In this document: positions 43,774 through 43,774 of the stretch, one piece after another
Numbering within the stretch: position 1 is the stretch's first letter
Layout of the letters: every line of letters begins with the position of its first letter
DNA from: a virus
Lineage: Duplodnaviria; Caudoviricetes
IMG/VR virus record: IMGVR_UViG_3300033067_000634
Span: 1 to 43,774 of that record
DNA length: 43,774 nucleotides
Reading direction: 5' to 3' (one strand)
Notes under the pieces: model-generated
The model's database searches: none
What the model was told of the DNA's origin: nothing
The model's input: only the letters and a program-made list of their open reading frames with translations
Position numbers and translations under genes: made by a program

Positions 43774-43774
43774 C

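Larger units (their letters stand above)
1..43774. mobile_element. Near-complete tailed phage genome (siphovirus-like, probable Bacteroidota host), opened within the cassette array
   Basis: Terminase, portal, capsid, tape measure, lysis and replication modules are present. No host housekeeping genes are seen. TAnnTTTG promoters recur, and the same cassette array occurs at both ends. Confidence 0.9.
42276..43774 (+). mobile_element. Integron-like cassette array, integrase-proximal part (2 complete units plus a partial one)
   Basis: Units 42276-43201, 43202-43583 and 43584 onward follow the same site grammar as 1-4095. Confidence 0.85.

Noticed and set aside
43700-43774. Terminal repeat or direct overlap with the window start
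   Set aside because: The end is inside an MTase and the start is inside a hairpin loop, with no overlap seen; circular joining is inferred across a gap of unknown size.

Overview
The window looks like most of a ~44-kb tailed (siphovirus-like) phage genome of a Bacteroidota host, judged by the TAnnTTTG -7 promoters and typical Bacteroidota-phage genes. It has a + strand early block (ERF, NinG, HTH; 4490-7975) and a long minus-strand block with a tyrosine recombinase, YdaU-type replication genes, TerS, a glycosyl/methyltransferase cluster, TerL, portal, head, tail (with a -1 frameshifted tail chaperone), lysis genes and a metallophosphoesterase. A divergent small gene plus tRNA-CAT sits at 27218-27463. 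The main discovery is an integron-like gene-cassette array that occupies both window ends (42276-43774 and 1-4095). A 287-aa IntI-related recombinase without the integron I2 insertion sits next to an attI-like GTT. Ten attC-like hairpin sites (AACA-arm-loop-arm-CGTT) follow, and each cassette's GTT-N6+ start is complementary to its own N6+-AAC end. Unlike canonical integrons, all cargo genes point toward the integrase, some lie inside or start inside the hairpin loop, and the loops contain 18-19-bp degenerate periodic repeats. All calls are by eye; no database searches were run.
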